Assembly: GCA_913020725.1 (NCBI GenBank)
Contig: CAJWCD010000031.1
Location: 1-28,411, forward strand
From: an uncultured Pseudomonadota bacterium
Lineage (GTDB): Bacteria; SAR324; NAC60-12
Direction: 5' to 3'
Length of the DNA: 28,411 nt
In this document: piece after piece, positions 28,356-28,411 of the stretch
Numbering within the stretch: position 1 is the first letter of the stretch
How the letters are laid out: the number at the start of each line of letters is the position of its first letter
Position numbers and translations under genes: made by a program
Notes under the pieces: model-generated
What the model was told of the DNA's origin: nothing
Databases searched by the model: none
What the model saw: the letters and a program-made list of their open reading frames with translations, nothing else

Positions 28356-28411
28356 AACCCTTTTCCTCACCAACCACGGAATTGAAATGAAATCTTCCTG
28401 TCTCAATTATG

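Noticed and set aside
28387..28411. Possible start of a further CDS (MKSSCLNY) at the window edge
   Set aside because: Too short to evaluate.

Overview
Bacterial chromosomal window from a Gram-negative organism with moderately high GC; the gene style suggests a deltaproteobacterial or SAR324-like lineage, which is only an inference. Left to right: (1) a CHASE2 class III adenylate cyclase divergent from a tightly packed run of secretin, small membrane protein, lpxK and a GFA-family gene; (2) cysS-msbA-LicC-like nucleotidyltransferase-cupin; (3) a convergent minus-strand glycosylation block (radical SAM/SPASM, two CDP-paratose-epimerase-like SDRs, DPM1-like GT2, GT-C membrane glycosyltransferase, GT9); (4) Bacillus-type sdhCAB; (5) ffh-rpsP-rimM-trmD-rplS-rnhB-yraN-rpsT; (6) OHCU decarboxylase, a Gci-like enolase-superfamily enzyme and an ABM/LsrG-like protein. 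The most notable observations are a 121-bp IS66-like MITE with 13-bp terminal inverted repeats and an exact 8-bp target duplication (16398-16518), a secretin with type III (SctC/YscC)-like signatures and no secretion genes nearby, and an Arn-like lipid-carrier glycosylation module that may use an unusual sugar.
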